64,000 nt of DNA from Patescibacteria group bacterium (GCA_041671645.1 JBAZBD010000001.1:21561-85560); one strand, 5' to 3'; counted from the first letter of the stretch, positions 18,378 to 28,871 are shown. Numbers and translations: made by a program. The notes: generated by a model not told the origin, from the letters alone.

Positions 18378-18880
18378 TATTTTTCAAAAACACCATTTTT
18401 AGTAATTTCCTTGCCAACGGCCTGATAAGTCATTGAGTATGGAATGTCATAGCGATCAATCAATCCGAGAGCAATATCAACCAATGTTTTCTCGGAATCA
18501 CTTAACGCTGTATATCGATCGCTTAGTTTACATTTTTCAACAGCGCTGAGACCAGGGGCATCTTCTTTATGTGCTGATGAGCCGAACGAAGTAATAAATC
18601 GGAGTGAGTTTTCGGCTCTTAACTCGCCGAAGAGCCCTGCCGCGATAGAAGCAGCCACTTGCGCGTCTGTCCGATCCGAAGTTGGATTATCGCTATTTTC
18701 TCTAATCGTCTTGAAAAGAAGATTCTGGCCTCCATCATAATTTTCTGGGATCTCTTGCGAAGGCGCATCGGCGTCAGGCAGGACCACGGAACCACTGATT
18801 TTCGGGTCCTTCATGCCTGCATGAAGATCGTCTCCATCTCCAATGTCTACTCCAGGAACATCTGTTTCTGAGTCAACCAT
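18377..18880 (-). CDS. hypothetical protein (acidic N-terminus)
   Basis: 167-aa ORF, coupled to the DUF3006 gene. No recognisable domain. Confidence 0.4.
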   Translation of the reverse strand: MVDSETDVPGVDIGDGDDLHAGMKDPKISGSVVLPDADAPSQEIPENYDGGQNLLFKTIRENSDNPTSDRTDAQVAASIAAGLFGELRAENSLRFITSFGSSAHKEDAPGLSAVEKCKLSDRYTALSDSEKTLVDIALGLIDRYDIPYSMTYQAVGKEITKNGVFEK

Positions 18881-18897
18881 AGAGCCTCCGATTTTAG

Positions 18898-21012
18898 CTA
18901 TTTAGCCTTTTTAGCGGTCATCCTTGGGGCGAAGATCATCCAGGCGGCAACGCCGAGGACGAGAGCACCGACAATGATGATTTTGACCATGTTGGTCAAT
19001 TCATATTTGACCAGAGTGCCGGCGATAAGCATAGCGATAATATTTACGACTTTGATCACAGGGTTGATGGCCGGGCCAGCAGTATCCTTGTATGGATCGC
19101 CAACGGTATCGCCAGTGACAGCAGCAGCGTGTGCAATTGAACCTTTGCCACCAAAGTTTCCGTCTTCAATGTATTTCTTCGAGTTGTCCCAAGCGCCACC
19201 GCCAGAAGTCATCGAGATAGCGATGAAGAGTCCTGTGATGATGGTACCGATCAGGAATCCGCCAAGAGCGACAGGACCCAAAAGGAAACCAACCAAAATA
19301 GGTGCGGCTACCGTAATTACGGCTGGCAAAATCATCTCGCGAATAGCGGCTTTGGTCACAATATCGACTGCGCGACCGTAATCAGGTTTGGCTTTGCCCT
19401 CCATGATCCCCTTGATCTCGCGGAATTGTCTTCGAACTTCTTCGACGACAGCGCCAGCAGCCTTACCGACCGCCTGCATGGCGAGAGAGCCGAAGTAATA
19501 TGGAAGTAATCCACCAATAATCAAGCCAACCAGAACATACGGATCTTTGAGGTCGAAGGCGATGACTTTGCCACCAGCAGACAATTTCTCAGTATAATCA
19601 GCGAATAGTACCATAGCGGCCAATCCGGCAGAAGCGATAGCATAACCTTTGGTCACGGCTTTGGTCGTGTTGCCGACAGAGTCAAGCTCGTCAGTGTGGA
19701 CACGAACATCTGATGGCAATTCGGCCATTTCAGCAATTCCACCAGCGTTGTCTACGACTGGGCCAAAAGCGTCGATAGCAACGATAATACCGGCCATCGA
19801 GAGCATGGACATGGCAGCGATTGCGATACCGTAGATACCAGCAAGAGAGTAAGCGCCTAGAATTGCGGCAGCGATCACGAGGACTGGAGCGGCAGTAGAA
19901 CGCATTGAGACAGCCAGACCGGTGATAATATTGGTACCATGACCGGTGACTGAGCTCTCAGCAATTGACTGGACTGGGTTGAAAGATTTGGAAGTGAAAT
20001 ACTCAGTGATCAAACACATTGCGGCAGTGACGCCGAGACCGATCAGAGAAGTGTAATAAATGCTCATGACCGAATATTGACCGTTGTCTTTCATCATCCA
20101 GGCGGTGATGAAGTAGAATGCAACTGCGGCCAAGAGGCCAGCGACAGCTAGACCGATATAGAGAGTGCCCATGACATTCTTGGATTTCTTTGGCAATCTG
20201 ACAAACCAGCTACCGACGATCGAAGTTACGATCGAAGCGGCGCCAAGCATGAGCGGATATAGAATAGCGTTACCGAAACTAGCGAAGAAAAGGTGGCCAA
20301 GCAACATTGCGGCAACTGCAGTGACAGAATAGGTTTCAAATAAGTCAGCTGCCATACCAGCACAGTCGCCGACGTTATCACCAACATTGTCAGCGATCAC
20401 AGCAGGATTGCGTGGATCATCTTCTGGAATTCCAGCTTCGACTTTGCCGACCAAATCAGCTCCCACGTCAGCAGCCTTGGTGAAGATACCGCCGCCGAGA
20501 CGAGCGAAGATTGAGATCAATGATCCACCAAATCCGAGGCCGATCAGAGCTTCGAGATCATGGAAAATTGCGTAAAATCCAGCAACAGCCAAGAGACCAA
20601 GGCCGACGACGAGCAAACCAGTCACAGTGCCGGACTTGAAAGCAACGTCCATACCAGCGGCCAGGCCCTTGCGTGAAGCTTCAGCTGTGCGGACATTGCC
20701 GCGAACTGAAACATTCATGCCGATATAGCCAGCCAGTGCTGAGAAGACTGCGCCGACCATAAAGCCGAGAGCGATTTTCCAGCCGAGTGCGTAGAGCAAA
20801 ATTACAAATAAGACAGCGGCGACCATGCCGACAGTTGAGTATTGGCGATTCAAGAAGGCCATAGCACCAGTCTCGATCGCCTTGGCGATGTCGACCATCT
20901 TCTTGTTGCCTGGGTCTTTCTTGTTGACCGATAAGGCCAAGAAAAGACCGTAAATAATTGAGATGCCTGCAGCGCAGAGCGCGATCGTGAACGCAATTGT
21001 CTCCATACTCAT
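18898..21012 (-). CDS. hppA: membrane-bound H+/Na+-translocating pyrophosphatase
   Basis: [18 protein letters not shown] and [14 protein letters not shown] signatures, about 16 TM helices. Start set at MSMETIAF, which follows a GGGAG RBS. Confidence 0.9.
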   Translation of the reverse strand: MSMETIAFTIALCAAGISIIYGLFLALSVNKKDPGNKKMVDIAKAIETGAMAFLNRQYSTVGMVAAVLFVILLYALGWKIALGFMVGAVFSALAGYIGMNVSVRGNVRTAEASRKGLAAGMDVAFKSGTVTGLLVVGLGLLAVAGFYAIFHDLEALIGLGFGGSLISIFARLGGGIFTKAADVGADLVGKVEAGIPEDDPRNPAVIADNVGDNVGDCAGMAADLFETYSVTAVAAMLLGHLFFASFGNAILYPLMLGAASIVTSIVGSWFVRLPKKSKNVMGTLYIGLAVAGLLAAVAFYFITAWMMKDNGQYSVMSIYYTSLIGLGVTAAMCLITEYFTSKSFNPVQSIAESSVTGHGTNIITGLAVSMRSTAAPVLVIAAAILGAYSLAGIYGIAIAAMSMLSMAGIIVAIDAFGPVVDNAGGIAEMAELPSDVRVHTDELDSVGNTTKAVTKGYAIASAGLAAMVLFADYTEKLSAGGKVIAFDLKDPYVLVGLIIGGLLPYYFGSLAMQAVGKAAGAVVEEVRRQFREIKGIMEGKAKPDYGRAVDIVTKAAIREMILPAVITVAAPILVGFLLGPVALGGFLIGTIITGLFIAISMTSGGGAWDNSKKYIEDGNFGGKGSIAHAAAVTGDTVGDPYKDTAGPAINPVIKVVNIIAMLIAGTLVKYELTNMVKIIIVGALVLGVAAWMIFAPRMTAKKAK

Positions 21013-21231
21013 AAGACTCCCACAGTTAGTTTTATATAAGGTTATTCCTGTGTAATTTAACACAAGGGGGTCCAAAGTTCAATAACTGACGCCCCGAGAA
21101 GGAAATGGCGCCCTTAACGGCGTGAATAAAAGCGTTTCCTATCGCCTGAGCCCCATAAGACAGTCAGACCCCGATAATCGACCTCAAAGCTCTGATAAGG
21201 CTGAATTGAGCTCAATTTACTCTCCATACCA

Positions 21232-21261
21232 TTGACAAAGTAGCAGTATATGTGCTATAAT
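21232..21261 (+). promoter_or_regulatory. sigma70-type promoter (TTGACA-18-TATAAT)
   Basis: Exact consensus hexamers 92 bp upstream of the lipoprotein ATG. Confidence 0.45.
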
Positions 21262-21352
21262 AACTAGTTACGCTGGTAAATCTTACATGCCGGCTGACTG
21301 CAAATTGACAACGAGGCAACGTGCCTCAATATATTCTGAAAAGGAGGACGCG

Positions 21353-22498
21353 AACATGCGTTCAATCGTTCTGGCCACTCTGGCCCTTTTTGCCGCTCTG
21401 CTAATGAGTGGCTGTAATGGAAATTCTTCCATATCGACCCCAATCAAAAATAACCTCAGCATCACTGTTGAGCGTTACGACGGTGCTGCGTGGCAGACCG
21501 TCGAAGTTGGAGAGAGTGTTTTTGAGAGCGACGAGCTCTCATTTGACGTATTAGCCCCCGCAATCAAACGCGGTGGGGTGGATATTGTCTGGTCAGTTAA
21601 GAAGGCTGGTTTCGAAATCACCGGAAACGGTGGAAAATCGTGGAAGTTGATGGCCGGTGATTACATCATCTCGGCTCAACTTGCCATCTCCGGTAGCCCT
21701 GTATTGCTTCGAGAGTTGACCGTTAAAGCTGGCTCCAGACCAATCCCGCCAGCGCCACTTGCTTGGAATCCAGTCTTACGAGGCTACACCCCGTATAGTT
21801 CCGCAAACAGCGTCTCAACACAGGCAAGTAGCTACACGCTACAACGTAGCGGTGACAAATTCTTGGCCAAAGTCGGCCAAAAATTGACAGTTGAGATTGA
21901 TCGAACGGATCACCGCGGTGGACCTGGCGACGGTACAGTAGACCCCACCGCACCTCTATATAAAGAGGTAAAGGTGGTCGTCGTCAACAACATCGGCGCG
22001 GAAGTCCCCACAACCTATGAAGACTACTACTGGGGCTATAACGGCCTCCTCCCCGTCTTTACAGTAAAGGAGAGTGGCGACTTCACAGCAAAAGTTAGCA
22101 TTGTCCTTAGCGACAATACGCAAAAGGATTTTAGTCTCCAATTACGTGTCGAAGACGTGGTTGTAGACCAGCCGATGACCGTCGCCATCAAATGGCATTA
22201 CTATGACGGCACGCTTAAAACGCTTACCCTAACCAATAACACATTGTATGTGCTGCCTGGCAATCGCTACGATATTAAAGCGTCGAAACCAGGCTGGGAA
22301 GGTGCTCAGCAAGAAATCGTGATCTTTAATGAGATCACCCAGGTCTCCCCGCCGTTGATGGTAGGGAACGACTTTATTGAAGGACTTATGTCCGGAACAG
22401 GCGAAGGCACCGTTCGGGTGACCTTAAGCAAGGATGGACAATCAGTCCACACCGACTTCCACGTGGAAGTCATAGAGGGGCTAGGAATGGTCCGATAA
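21353..22498 (+). CDS. secreted lipoprotein, beta-rich, unknown function
   Basis: AAGGAGG RBS 8 nt upstream. Signal peptide with lipobox LLMSGC. No known catalytic motif. Confidence 0.6.
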   Translation, partial: NMRSIVLATLALFAALLMSGCNGNSSISTPIKNNLSITVERYDGAAWQTVEVGESVFESDELSFDVLAPAIKRGGVDIVWSVKKAGFEITGNGGKSWKLMAGDYIISAQLAISGSPVLLRELTVKAGSRPIPPAPLAWNPVLRGYTPYSSANSVSTQASSYTLQRSGDKFLAKVGQKLTVEIDRTDHRGGPGDGTVDPTAPLYKEVKVVVVNNIGAEVPTTYEDYYWGYNGLLPVFTVKESGDFTAKVSIVLSDNTQKDFSLQLRVEDVVVDQPMTVAIKWHYYDGTLKTLTLTNNTLYVLPGNRYDIKASKPGWEGAQQEIVIFNEITQVSPPLMVGNDFIEGLMSGTGEGTVRVTLSKDGQSVHTDFHVEVIEGLGMVR

Positions 22499-22570
22499 TA
22501 TTTTTTAGAAACTCCCTCTGGGGAGCTTAGGACAGCCCATCTGGGCTTGTCCAATGTACTTTAAACCGTT

Positions 22571-22596
22571 GCGCCCCGATAATTTTATCGGGGCGC
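22571..22596. terminator. bidirectional Rho-independent terminator between convergent genes
   Basis: Perfect 12-bp palindrome gcgccccgataa/ttatcggggcgc with T-run after it and A-rich stretch before it. Confidence 0.55.
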
Positions 22597-22620
22597 TTCT
22601 GCGTTTTAAGAGGACTTTAT

Positions 22621-23820
22621 TTATTTTAGAGCACTTTTATAGACGTCGAGAGTTTTCTCTGCCGTGTCGGACCAATTGTATTTGGCCGCTTGTTTCAGGC
22701 CTTTGGTTGAGAGCTCTCCCCTGAGCTTCTCGCCGGTGGAGACTCGTGCCATCGCCTTGGCCATATCTTCGATATCGTATGGATCGAAATACAGTGGAGC
22801 ATCGCCTAGAATTTCTGGCATACAGGAAACGTTGGATGAGAGTACTGGCGTGCCGCAAGCCATAGCTTGGAGCGGAGGGAGGCCGAAACCTTCATAGAGC
22901 GAAGGAATGATATAAGCCATCGCGCCAGCGAAACCAATCACCTGCTCCTCGGACTTCTCTGGCAAGAAACCAGTAGTAATAATGGAATTTGGAATTTGGA
23001 ATTTGGAATTTAGGTATTCTCGGACTCTTTTAATTTCTTCCATTACCTCTGGCTCTGCAGGATCGGGTTTGCCCATTAGGACTAGTTGAACAAAATTACT
23101 AGATTCCCGGGTCATGGCTTCGCCTGCCCGAGAATGACAATCAACGACAAACTTCTCATAGGCCTGGATTAGGCGTACGAGATTTTTGTGTTTTTTCCAC
23201 ATTCCGGCATAGAGAAAATAATCGCCGGTGATGCCAAATTTCTCCTTAAAATCTTTGACCTTCGAGGTCTGACCTTTGACCGATTCGTTATATTTCAAAT
23301 CGAAACCGAGATGAGTGACCGCTATCTTCTCTGGTTTGACGCTGAATCTTTTGACAATGTCCTGTTTGGTTGTTTCTGAGACAGAAATTATCTTGGCTGA
23401 GTCTCGAGCCGCTGATTGCATTACCTTCTTGAAGGCGAATTGCTTGATCGGATTAGCTTGGAAGAATTCGGTGAATTGGGTCAAGTCATGGATCGTGACG
23501 ACATAATTGCCCCGATACATGACCGGGTGATTGAACTGGGTAAAGTGCACGAGATCATACTTTTTATGATTCAGAAAAGTTAGGAGTTTGGTCTGCTCCG
23601 CCATGGAATAATGGGGGACGTCCAGAATCTTGGTTTGAAAGTTAGATGATTTTCCGAATGTTGGGTAGGCCTTCAATTTCTCTAGGCCCTGCGGACGGAT
23701 TAATAGTGTATACTCATTTTCCTTATCCAATTCCAAGACTCGGCTCAAAATCTCAAGGGTGTAGATAGTAAGTGAAGAGCCTATACCAATAAATCTGCCG
23801 TCAATTAGAATTTTTTTCAT
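22621..23820 (-). CDS. glycosyltransferase family 4
   Basis: GT-B fold with EGFGLPPLQAMACGTPVL motif (EX7E region). Confidence 0.8.
   Translation of the reverse strand: MKKILIDGRFIGIGSSLTIYTLEILSRVLELDKENEYTLLIRPQGLEKLKAYPTFGKSSNFQTKILDVPHYSMAEQTKLLTFLNHKKYDLVHFTQFNHPVMYRGNYVVTIHDLTQFTEFFQANPIKQFAFKKVMQSAARDSAKIISVSETTKQDIVKRFSVKPEKIAVTHLGFDLKYNESVKGQTSKVKDFKEKFGITGDYFLYAGMWKKHKNLVRLIQAYEKFVVDCHSRAGEAMTRESSNFVQLVLMGKPDPAEPEVMEEIKRVREYLNSKFQIPNSIITTGFLPEKSEEQVIGFAGAMAYIIPSLYEGFGLPPLQAMACGTPVLSSNVSCMPEILGDAPLYFDPYDIEDMAKAMARVSTGEKLRGELSTKGLKQAAKYNWSDTAEKTLDVYKSALK
22984..23011. repeat. 4 x perfect heptanucleotide tandem repeat (GGAATTT) inside the GT4 coding sequence
   Basis: ggaatttggaatttggaatttggaattt. 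Encodes KFQIPNS on the - strand. The unit is not a multiple of three. Confidence 0.6.
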
Positions 23821-25048
23821 CTGTTTCCTTTTTTACATTGGCCAAAGCGACTCCGATCAGGATAAACAAAGAGTAGCTCAAAGCTGGATTATCTGCAAAA
23901 GTATGAAGAAATATGGCGGTGATCGACACGGCCAACAGTGAGAAGAAAAGTCCCAGCTCTTTGGCACGAATAAGGGCAGTAGAGACGAGGTAAGAGATAT
24001 AGAGCCAAAGAGCCAAGCCGATGGCACCAATCTCAAGCAAAAGTTGGATATACCAAGATTCGGAAATTATACCTCCGTATTTGATGGCAATTGGCCCAGC
24101 TGTGCCAAGTCCATTGCCAAAGATCAAAATCGCCGGCTCTGCTAGCCTGTGCGTCACTTCATCAATTGAACTCTGGAGAGCGAAATTGTGGCCGGCCTGT
24201 GATTGGCCATGAGTCATGAATTGCGAGACCGTGGCGTTCGGCCAGAACCAGAGAGCCACAGCCAACGCCACGACAGCGAGACCGATAATTGAAATTATTT
24301 TCTTGACCCTCAAATTTGACTTGATGAAGATGAAGACAAAGAGTGAAACTATCAGCCCTATCAGCGCCGCTCGAGAAAAGGAGAGGAAGACGCCTAGGAA
24401 TAATACGATCGCCAACGAGATCGATAATTTCTTGGCACTGCCCTTGAAAATATTGTTGATGCAGATGAAGAAAGCCGGCAAAAGGTATGAGCCGAGCTGG
24501 ATCGCGCCAAGCAAGAAGGAGGCGCTCCGCTGCAAATCCATGTCGAAGCTGACTAGGAATGAGCCATATCCGTTCTCGACCCCGGGGATGATTATTCGCC
24601 AATAGTCAGCAGGGAGAAACCTCTCCAGTATCGCCCAAATCGCCACGGCCAGAGCGGTGCCAAGATAAACCTTGGTCATTTTTTTGATGTCAATAAGATC
24701 GCCCAGATTGGATAGTCCAAAGAGTAAAACGAGTGGCATGAGGGTAAATCGGAATCCCTCAATCCCCTGGCCCCAGCTTGGTGAGAAGAAAAAGATAGAG
24801 AAAGCGCCAAGGATAAGAATCGCCAGAATCGGCAATTGCCTATACAAATTAGCTTTTGCCTTGGGGAGGATCGAAAAGCGGACAAGCGCGATAAGAGCAA
24901 TTATCAAAATGATTGGCTCATAGAAATGAAGTGCCCAGAAGGAGACCCCGGAATCAATATTAATTGAGTCAAAATAAAAAGAGAGTAACTGCTGGAAGGG
25001 CAAGAGGATGATTAGAAAAGCAAGAAAAATATTAAGAGCTTTTTTCAT
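23801..25048 (-). CDS. O-antigen ligase/polymerase-like (Wzy_C) membrane protein, paralog 1
   Basis: Polytopic; SFSRAALIGLIV and GNGLGT motifs typical of Wzy_C. Start set at MKKALNIF. Confidence 0.6.
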   Translation of the reverse strand: MKKALNIFLAFLIILLPFQQLLSFYFDSINIDSGVSFWALHFYEPIILIIALIALVRFSILPKAKANLYRQLPILAILILGAFSIFFFSPSWGQGIEGFRFTLMPLVLLFGLSNLGDLIDIKKMTKVYLGTALAVAIWAILERFLPADYWRIIIPGVENGYGSFLVSFDMDLQRSASFLLGAIQLGSYLLPAFFICINNIFKGSAKKLSISLAIVLFLGVFLSFSRAALIGLIVSLFVFIFIKSNLRVKKIISIIGLAVVALAVALWFWPNATVSQFMTHGQSQAGHNFALQSSIDEVTHRLAEPAILIFGNGLGTAGPIAIKYGGIISESWYIQLLLEIGAIGLALWLYISYLVSTALIRAKELGLFFSLLAVSITAIFLHTFADNPALSYSLFILIGVALANVKKETDEKNSN

Positions 25049-26264
25049 TGTTTTGGCTTCCCTTCCCAAGCAAAAATGCTGAGGCGAAAACGAGCCAGAA
25101 GATGACCGAGAGATCGTTCTTGAAATAGGTCGTGTCAAATAAGCCATGGATCAGGATCGCGGACATAGCGGCGGCCACAAAATATTTGGTATTGCCGACC
25201 GATGCCCTCCAGGTATTTACGAAGAAGCTGATGATGAGGCCGAAAAGTGCAATGATGCCAACTAATCCCAAATTGAGCCAGAAAGCGAGGAAGAGATTGT
25301 GCGGGTGAATTGCGTATGGGAGGCCAAACTGTGTGAAGCTGGGATTGTTGAGGGCCACGACCGCCACCTTGTCCTGGAAGTCCCCCATGCCAATGCCAAA
25401 CAAATAATCTGAATTGATCAGTTGAAAACTGTAGCGATAAATTTCGGTACGCACAGTCTGAGTTGTCAGCAAACTGTCCGCAATTTGTGTCAGGAAGAAA
25501 ATTGCTATTGCAGATATGACGCCAAGGGCCGTCCACTTCAGAAACTTTCCTCTAATGAAGCTAAACGAGACAACCACAAGGCCAGAGAACAAAGCAATCA
25601 GCCCTCCGCTGGATTTACTCAAGACAAGCGCAGTTATTGCGATGAGGATTGAAACTATTTGAACGAAAAGAAGAAAATTGAATTTTCTCCAATTGACAGA
25701 GACAGCGGCGAGAAGCAGGACAGGAACGATGAACATCGTCAGATAATTTGGCGATTCGAAAGGACCAAAGAATCTTTGCTCACTAATATATTGGGCGAAA
25801 GAAGAATCGGTGCTTTGATAAAGCATCGGCGCAATCAGCCCTAGTCTTTGCAAGATAGCCCAGAGAGAAATCAGGAAGAGTGGGACGAAGAGAAGACGCA
25901 ATGATTTGATGAAGCCTTCACGGTCCTGGCCGAAGAGATTGATGATAGAGAGATAAAACATTATAGGGATTACAATCCAGCCCTTGGCGATTCCGAGAGA
26001 GACAGTGCTTGTTCCGTTGGCGATTAAGCTCAAGACAGCGGCAAAAACTACCAGATAAGCCCAGGGAGAGCCCCAGTTCCAGCTCTTCTTCTGTGATAAT
26101 TTCAAAATCAAAACCAAGAAGAAGAAAATGAGAATCAAAAGTTCAAGCGGATTGGTCCTGATCGAGCCGATCAAGGTAAAGCGAAAAATATAGGCCGGCA
26201 AAAAAATTAGTACAAGAGAATAGGCAGCAAAGGAAAACGACCTCAAATTTAATTTATTTTTCAT
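25032..26264 (-). CDS. O-antigen ligase/polymerase-like (Wzy_C) membrane protein, paralog 2
   Basis: Polytopic; LSKSSGGLIALFSGL and GIGMGDF motif. Overlaps its neighbours by 11-17 bp. Confidence 0.55.
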   Translation of the reverse strand: MKNKLNLRSFSFAAYSLVLIFLPAYIFRFTLIGSIRTNPLELLILIFFFLVLILKLSQKKSWNWGSPWAYLVVFAAVLSLIANGTSTVSLGIAKGWIVIPIMFYLSIINLFGQDREGFIKSLRLLFVPLFLISLWAILQRLGLIAPMLYQSTDSSFAQYISEQRFFGPFESPNYLTMFIVPVLLLAAVSVNWRKFNFLLFVQIVSILIAITALVLSKSSGGLIALFSGLVVVSFSFIRGKFLKWTALGVISAIAIFFLTQIADSLLTTQTVRTEIYRYSFQLINSDYLFGIGMGDFQDKVAVVALNNPSFTQFGLPYAIHPHNLFLAFWLNLGLVGIIALFGLIISFFVNTWRASVGNTKYFVAAAMSAILIHGLFDTTYFKNDLSVIFWLVFASAFLLGKGSQNNEKSS

Positions 26265-27576
26265 TTTGTTTGAATTGATATGAATTTAGCCAAGCCAAGA
26301 AGACCCAAAACGAAATTACATACAAAGTAGAGAAGAAATTATATTGGATCAGGACCGCCAGCATGCCGAGAGAGAGCGCAATCACCGTAGATTTTTGAGC
26401 GAGCGGAAGTGATCGGGTCGCCTTCCGAATTTCGATCGCCAAGAAGACCAAGAAAAGAAGGAAGAGAGTGAGTCCGACAGCACCGTTCTCAGCTAACAAT
26501 TCCAAATATTCGTTGTTAACTATCAGATACTGGCCGTTTGCAAGCTGTGCAGCCGGAGTGTAAAGATAGCCGAAGCTGGCTGGACCGGCGCCAAAAATTG
26601 GCTTTTTCTTAAATGAATCTATGGCCGAGCCATAAAATCCAAGCCGTTCGAAAGTCGAGTAGTCCGACCTCTGGCTCGGGACAACGTTGGTCGTCTGCTG
26701 TAAAAAACTTGAAGTTAGCTGAACTTTTTGGCCGTCCTTTGGTGGGTTCTTGATGTCTCTAACCATTTGATTGAGCCAAATCAGACCAAAACAGATGCCG
26801 AGAGATAAGATGAATGCGACAATGCCGCCGCCGATCTTGGCAAAACGATTGGCGATAGTCTTATTACAGATTATATAAATCAGGAAGATCAGTAGAGCCA
26901 CGCCCATGCCCAAGAAAGCGCCTCGTGACATTGTGAGCAGAAAGTTCACCAAGAATAGTACGATCAGCCAAAAAGTTGAATTGAAAAACTTAGCTCCAAA
27001 GATATATTTTCTCAGAGATATAAGGATCGGGATGATTAGAAAGTTTGCAAAATATAACGGCTCCAAAGCGACAGATTGAATTCGGGCAAAGCCAAAAACT
27101 TCCTTGGTATAGCGTTGTAGCAAGCCAGTAAATGTTGTCGGGGCGTCAAAAGTGTCTCCCAGGAATTGTACAAGACCGAAAATAGAAATGAAAATAGCAG
27201 CGGCAATTAGGAATTTTTCAATTTTCTCAAAGCTAATCTTGGCGATAACGCGAGAAAAGGAGAAATAAATCAAAAACATAAACAGCCAGAGCAAGGTGAA
27301 AATTAGTCCGCGTTTGGTCGGTGCAAGCATGAAAGAGATCAAGTCTGAGATGAATAATCCGACCAGGATAACCTCAGACCCTCTGAATTTGACAAATTTA
27401 TCCTTGCGAAAGAGGAGGCCAAAAAGCCAGCAGGAAAGGAAAGCGATAGCCAAGAGATAGCTGATCTTGACCGTGAACCCTCCAACGTCGAAAGTCGGGA
27501 TTCGTTCGAAAGGCAGGAAAAAAAAGATGGCTAGGACGAGGCCTGATAGGATGTTTGGTAGAGTAACTTTCTTCAT
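26254..27576 (-). CDS. O-antigen ligase/polymerase-like (Wzy_C) membrane protein, paralog 3
   Basis: Polytopic; LTMSRGAFLGMGVALL and FGAGPASFGY motifs. Confidence 0.6.
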   Translation of the reverse strand: MKKVTLPNILSGLVLAIFFFLPFERIPTFDVGGFTVKISYLLAIAFLSCWLFGLLFRKDKFVKFRGSEVILVGLFISDLISFMLAPTKRGLIFTLLWLFMFLIYFSFSRVIAKISFEKIEKFLIAAAIFISIFGLVQFLGDTFDAPTTFTGLLQRYTKEVFGFARIQSVALEPLYFANFLIIPILISLRKYIFGAKFFNSTFWLIVLFLVNFLLTMSRGAFLGMGVALLIFLIYIICNKTIANRFAKIGGGIVAFILSLGICFGLIWLNQMVRDIKNPPKDGQKVQLTSSFLQQTTNVVPSQRSDYSTFERLGFYGSAIDSFKKKPIFGAGPASFGYLYTPAAQLANGQYLIVNNEYLELLAENGAVGLTLFLLFLVFLAIEIRKATRSLPLAQKSTVIALSLGMLAVLIQYNFFSTLYVISFWVFLAWLNSYQFKQNEK

Positions 27577-27689
27577 AGATTTATTATACCTTATTATTTA
27601 TATTTTTTTTGGTGGGGTAATTGCCTCATAAAAAGCAAATGCCCCCAGGCAAGGGCTTAAAAGTTGTATGAAGCTATGATAAAATTAGT

Positions 27690-28871
27690 TTGATGATATT
27701 GTCAAATTGGGACAGAAAATTTGTGTCTGCTATTCTCTGCGTATCCGTGTTTTCTCTGACGCTCGCGGCAATGCAAAAAGTTCATGCTGAAATCAACAGC
27801 ACTGATTTTGTAAATAATAAATCCTACAACAATCTGATCTCCAACAGGGACTTTATCGATATCGGATCGATGACCCAGGACGAAATTCAAGCCTTCCTCA
27901 ATACTAAGGCCTCTTATCTAAAAGAATTTTCTGAGGGTGGCAAGAGCGCTGCACAAATTATTTATGAGGCGGCTCGAGGCAAGAAAAATACTGCCGCCAG
28001 AGATGGCGAGGATTACAGCACTTATCTAGGTGAAACATATAAGAATGTCACGGTCAACGAAAGCACCGGCACCGTGAGCCCCAAAGTACTGCTTGTGATG
28101 CTGCAAAAGGAACAAAGCTTGATCACTCGAACTGAACGCAACGATGACGCCCTAACGATCGCCATGGGCTACGGCTGCCCCGATTCGAGCAGTTGCTCCA
28201 GTCATTATTTCGGCTTTACTTTCCAAGTCGAATGGGCGGCTTGGCAATTGCGTTACAATTATGGACGCTCACAAGGTAAAGGAACCGATTTTCAGGTCGG
28301 CCAGACGATGACCGGGGTAGACGGACAATACGATGTCACATTTATGAACGAAGCCACAGCTTCGCTCTATCGCTATACTCCGCATGTTTTCGATAGCGCC
28401 TATAATTTTATGAACTTGTATGATAGTTGGTTCACTACCCACGCCGATAGTGAAAGTGACGACACGGCCAACTTCACCCTCAAAACTTATACTAACGCCC
28501 AAAAAGTTTCTGGCGGGAAAAGAAGCGACACTATCGCTTATCTGAACAACAGCCCCCTAAGCGACGGTGGGCTCGGATCTAGAAGTTGGAATATTAATTT
28601 TACCGATCTGGCTTACGGGACCAATAATTACACCTTAGAATACAAGGACGCGGGCGGTACTCTGGTCGATACAAAATCGATAGTGATCGAGATTCACAAA
28701 CCTGGCGATATCGACGGCAATAACGCCGTCGACGTCCAGGACCTTTCGATTTTCGCCGCCTACTGGTCGCAGATCAATCCAGAGGAGCCACTGGCCAATT
28801 TGACCGGTGAAGTCGGCCATGCCATTAACGTTCAGGATCTTTCAATCTTGGCGGGGTATTGGGGAAAGTAG
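27690..28871 (+). CDS. secreted protein with C-terminal dockerin-type repeat pair
   Basis: Signal peptide. C-terminal GDIDGNNAVDVQDLSIFAAYW ... INVQDLSILAGYW, a duplicated dockerin type I Ca-binding repeat. N-terminal roughly 300-aa domain is unassigned. Confidence 0.6.
   Translation: MMILSNWDRKFVSAILCVSVFSLTLAAMQKVHAEINSTDFVNNKSYNNLISNRDFIDIGSMTQDEIQAFLNTKASYLKEFSEGGKSAAQIIYEAARGKKNTAARDGEDYSTYLGETYKNVTVNESTGTVSPKVLLVMLQKEQSLITRTERNDDALTIAMGYGCPDSSSCSSHYFGFTFQVEWAAWQLRYNYGRSQGKGTDFQVGQTMTGVDGQYDVTFMNEATASLYRYTPHVFDSAYNFMNLYDSWFTTHADSESDDTANFTLKTYTNAQKVSGGKRSDTIAYLNNSPLSDGGLGSRSWNINFTDLAYGTNNYTLEYKDAGGTLVDTKSIVIEIHKPGDIDGNNAVDVQDLSIFAAYWSQINPEEPLANLTGEVGHAINVQDLSILAGYWGK

Noticed and set aside
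21170-22600. The motif ccccgataat occurs both in the hppA / lipoprotein control region and in the terminator palindrome at 22571-22596; considered a dispersed repeat.
   Set aside because: Only a 10-mer is shared, and the second instance is explained by the terminator palindrome. Insufficient to call a repeat family.
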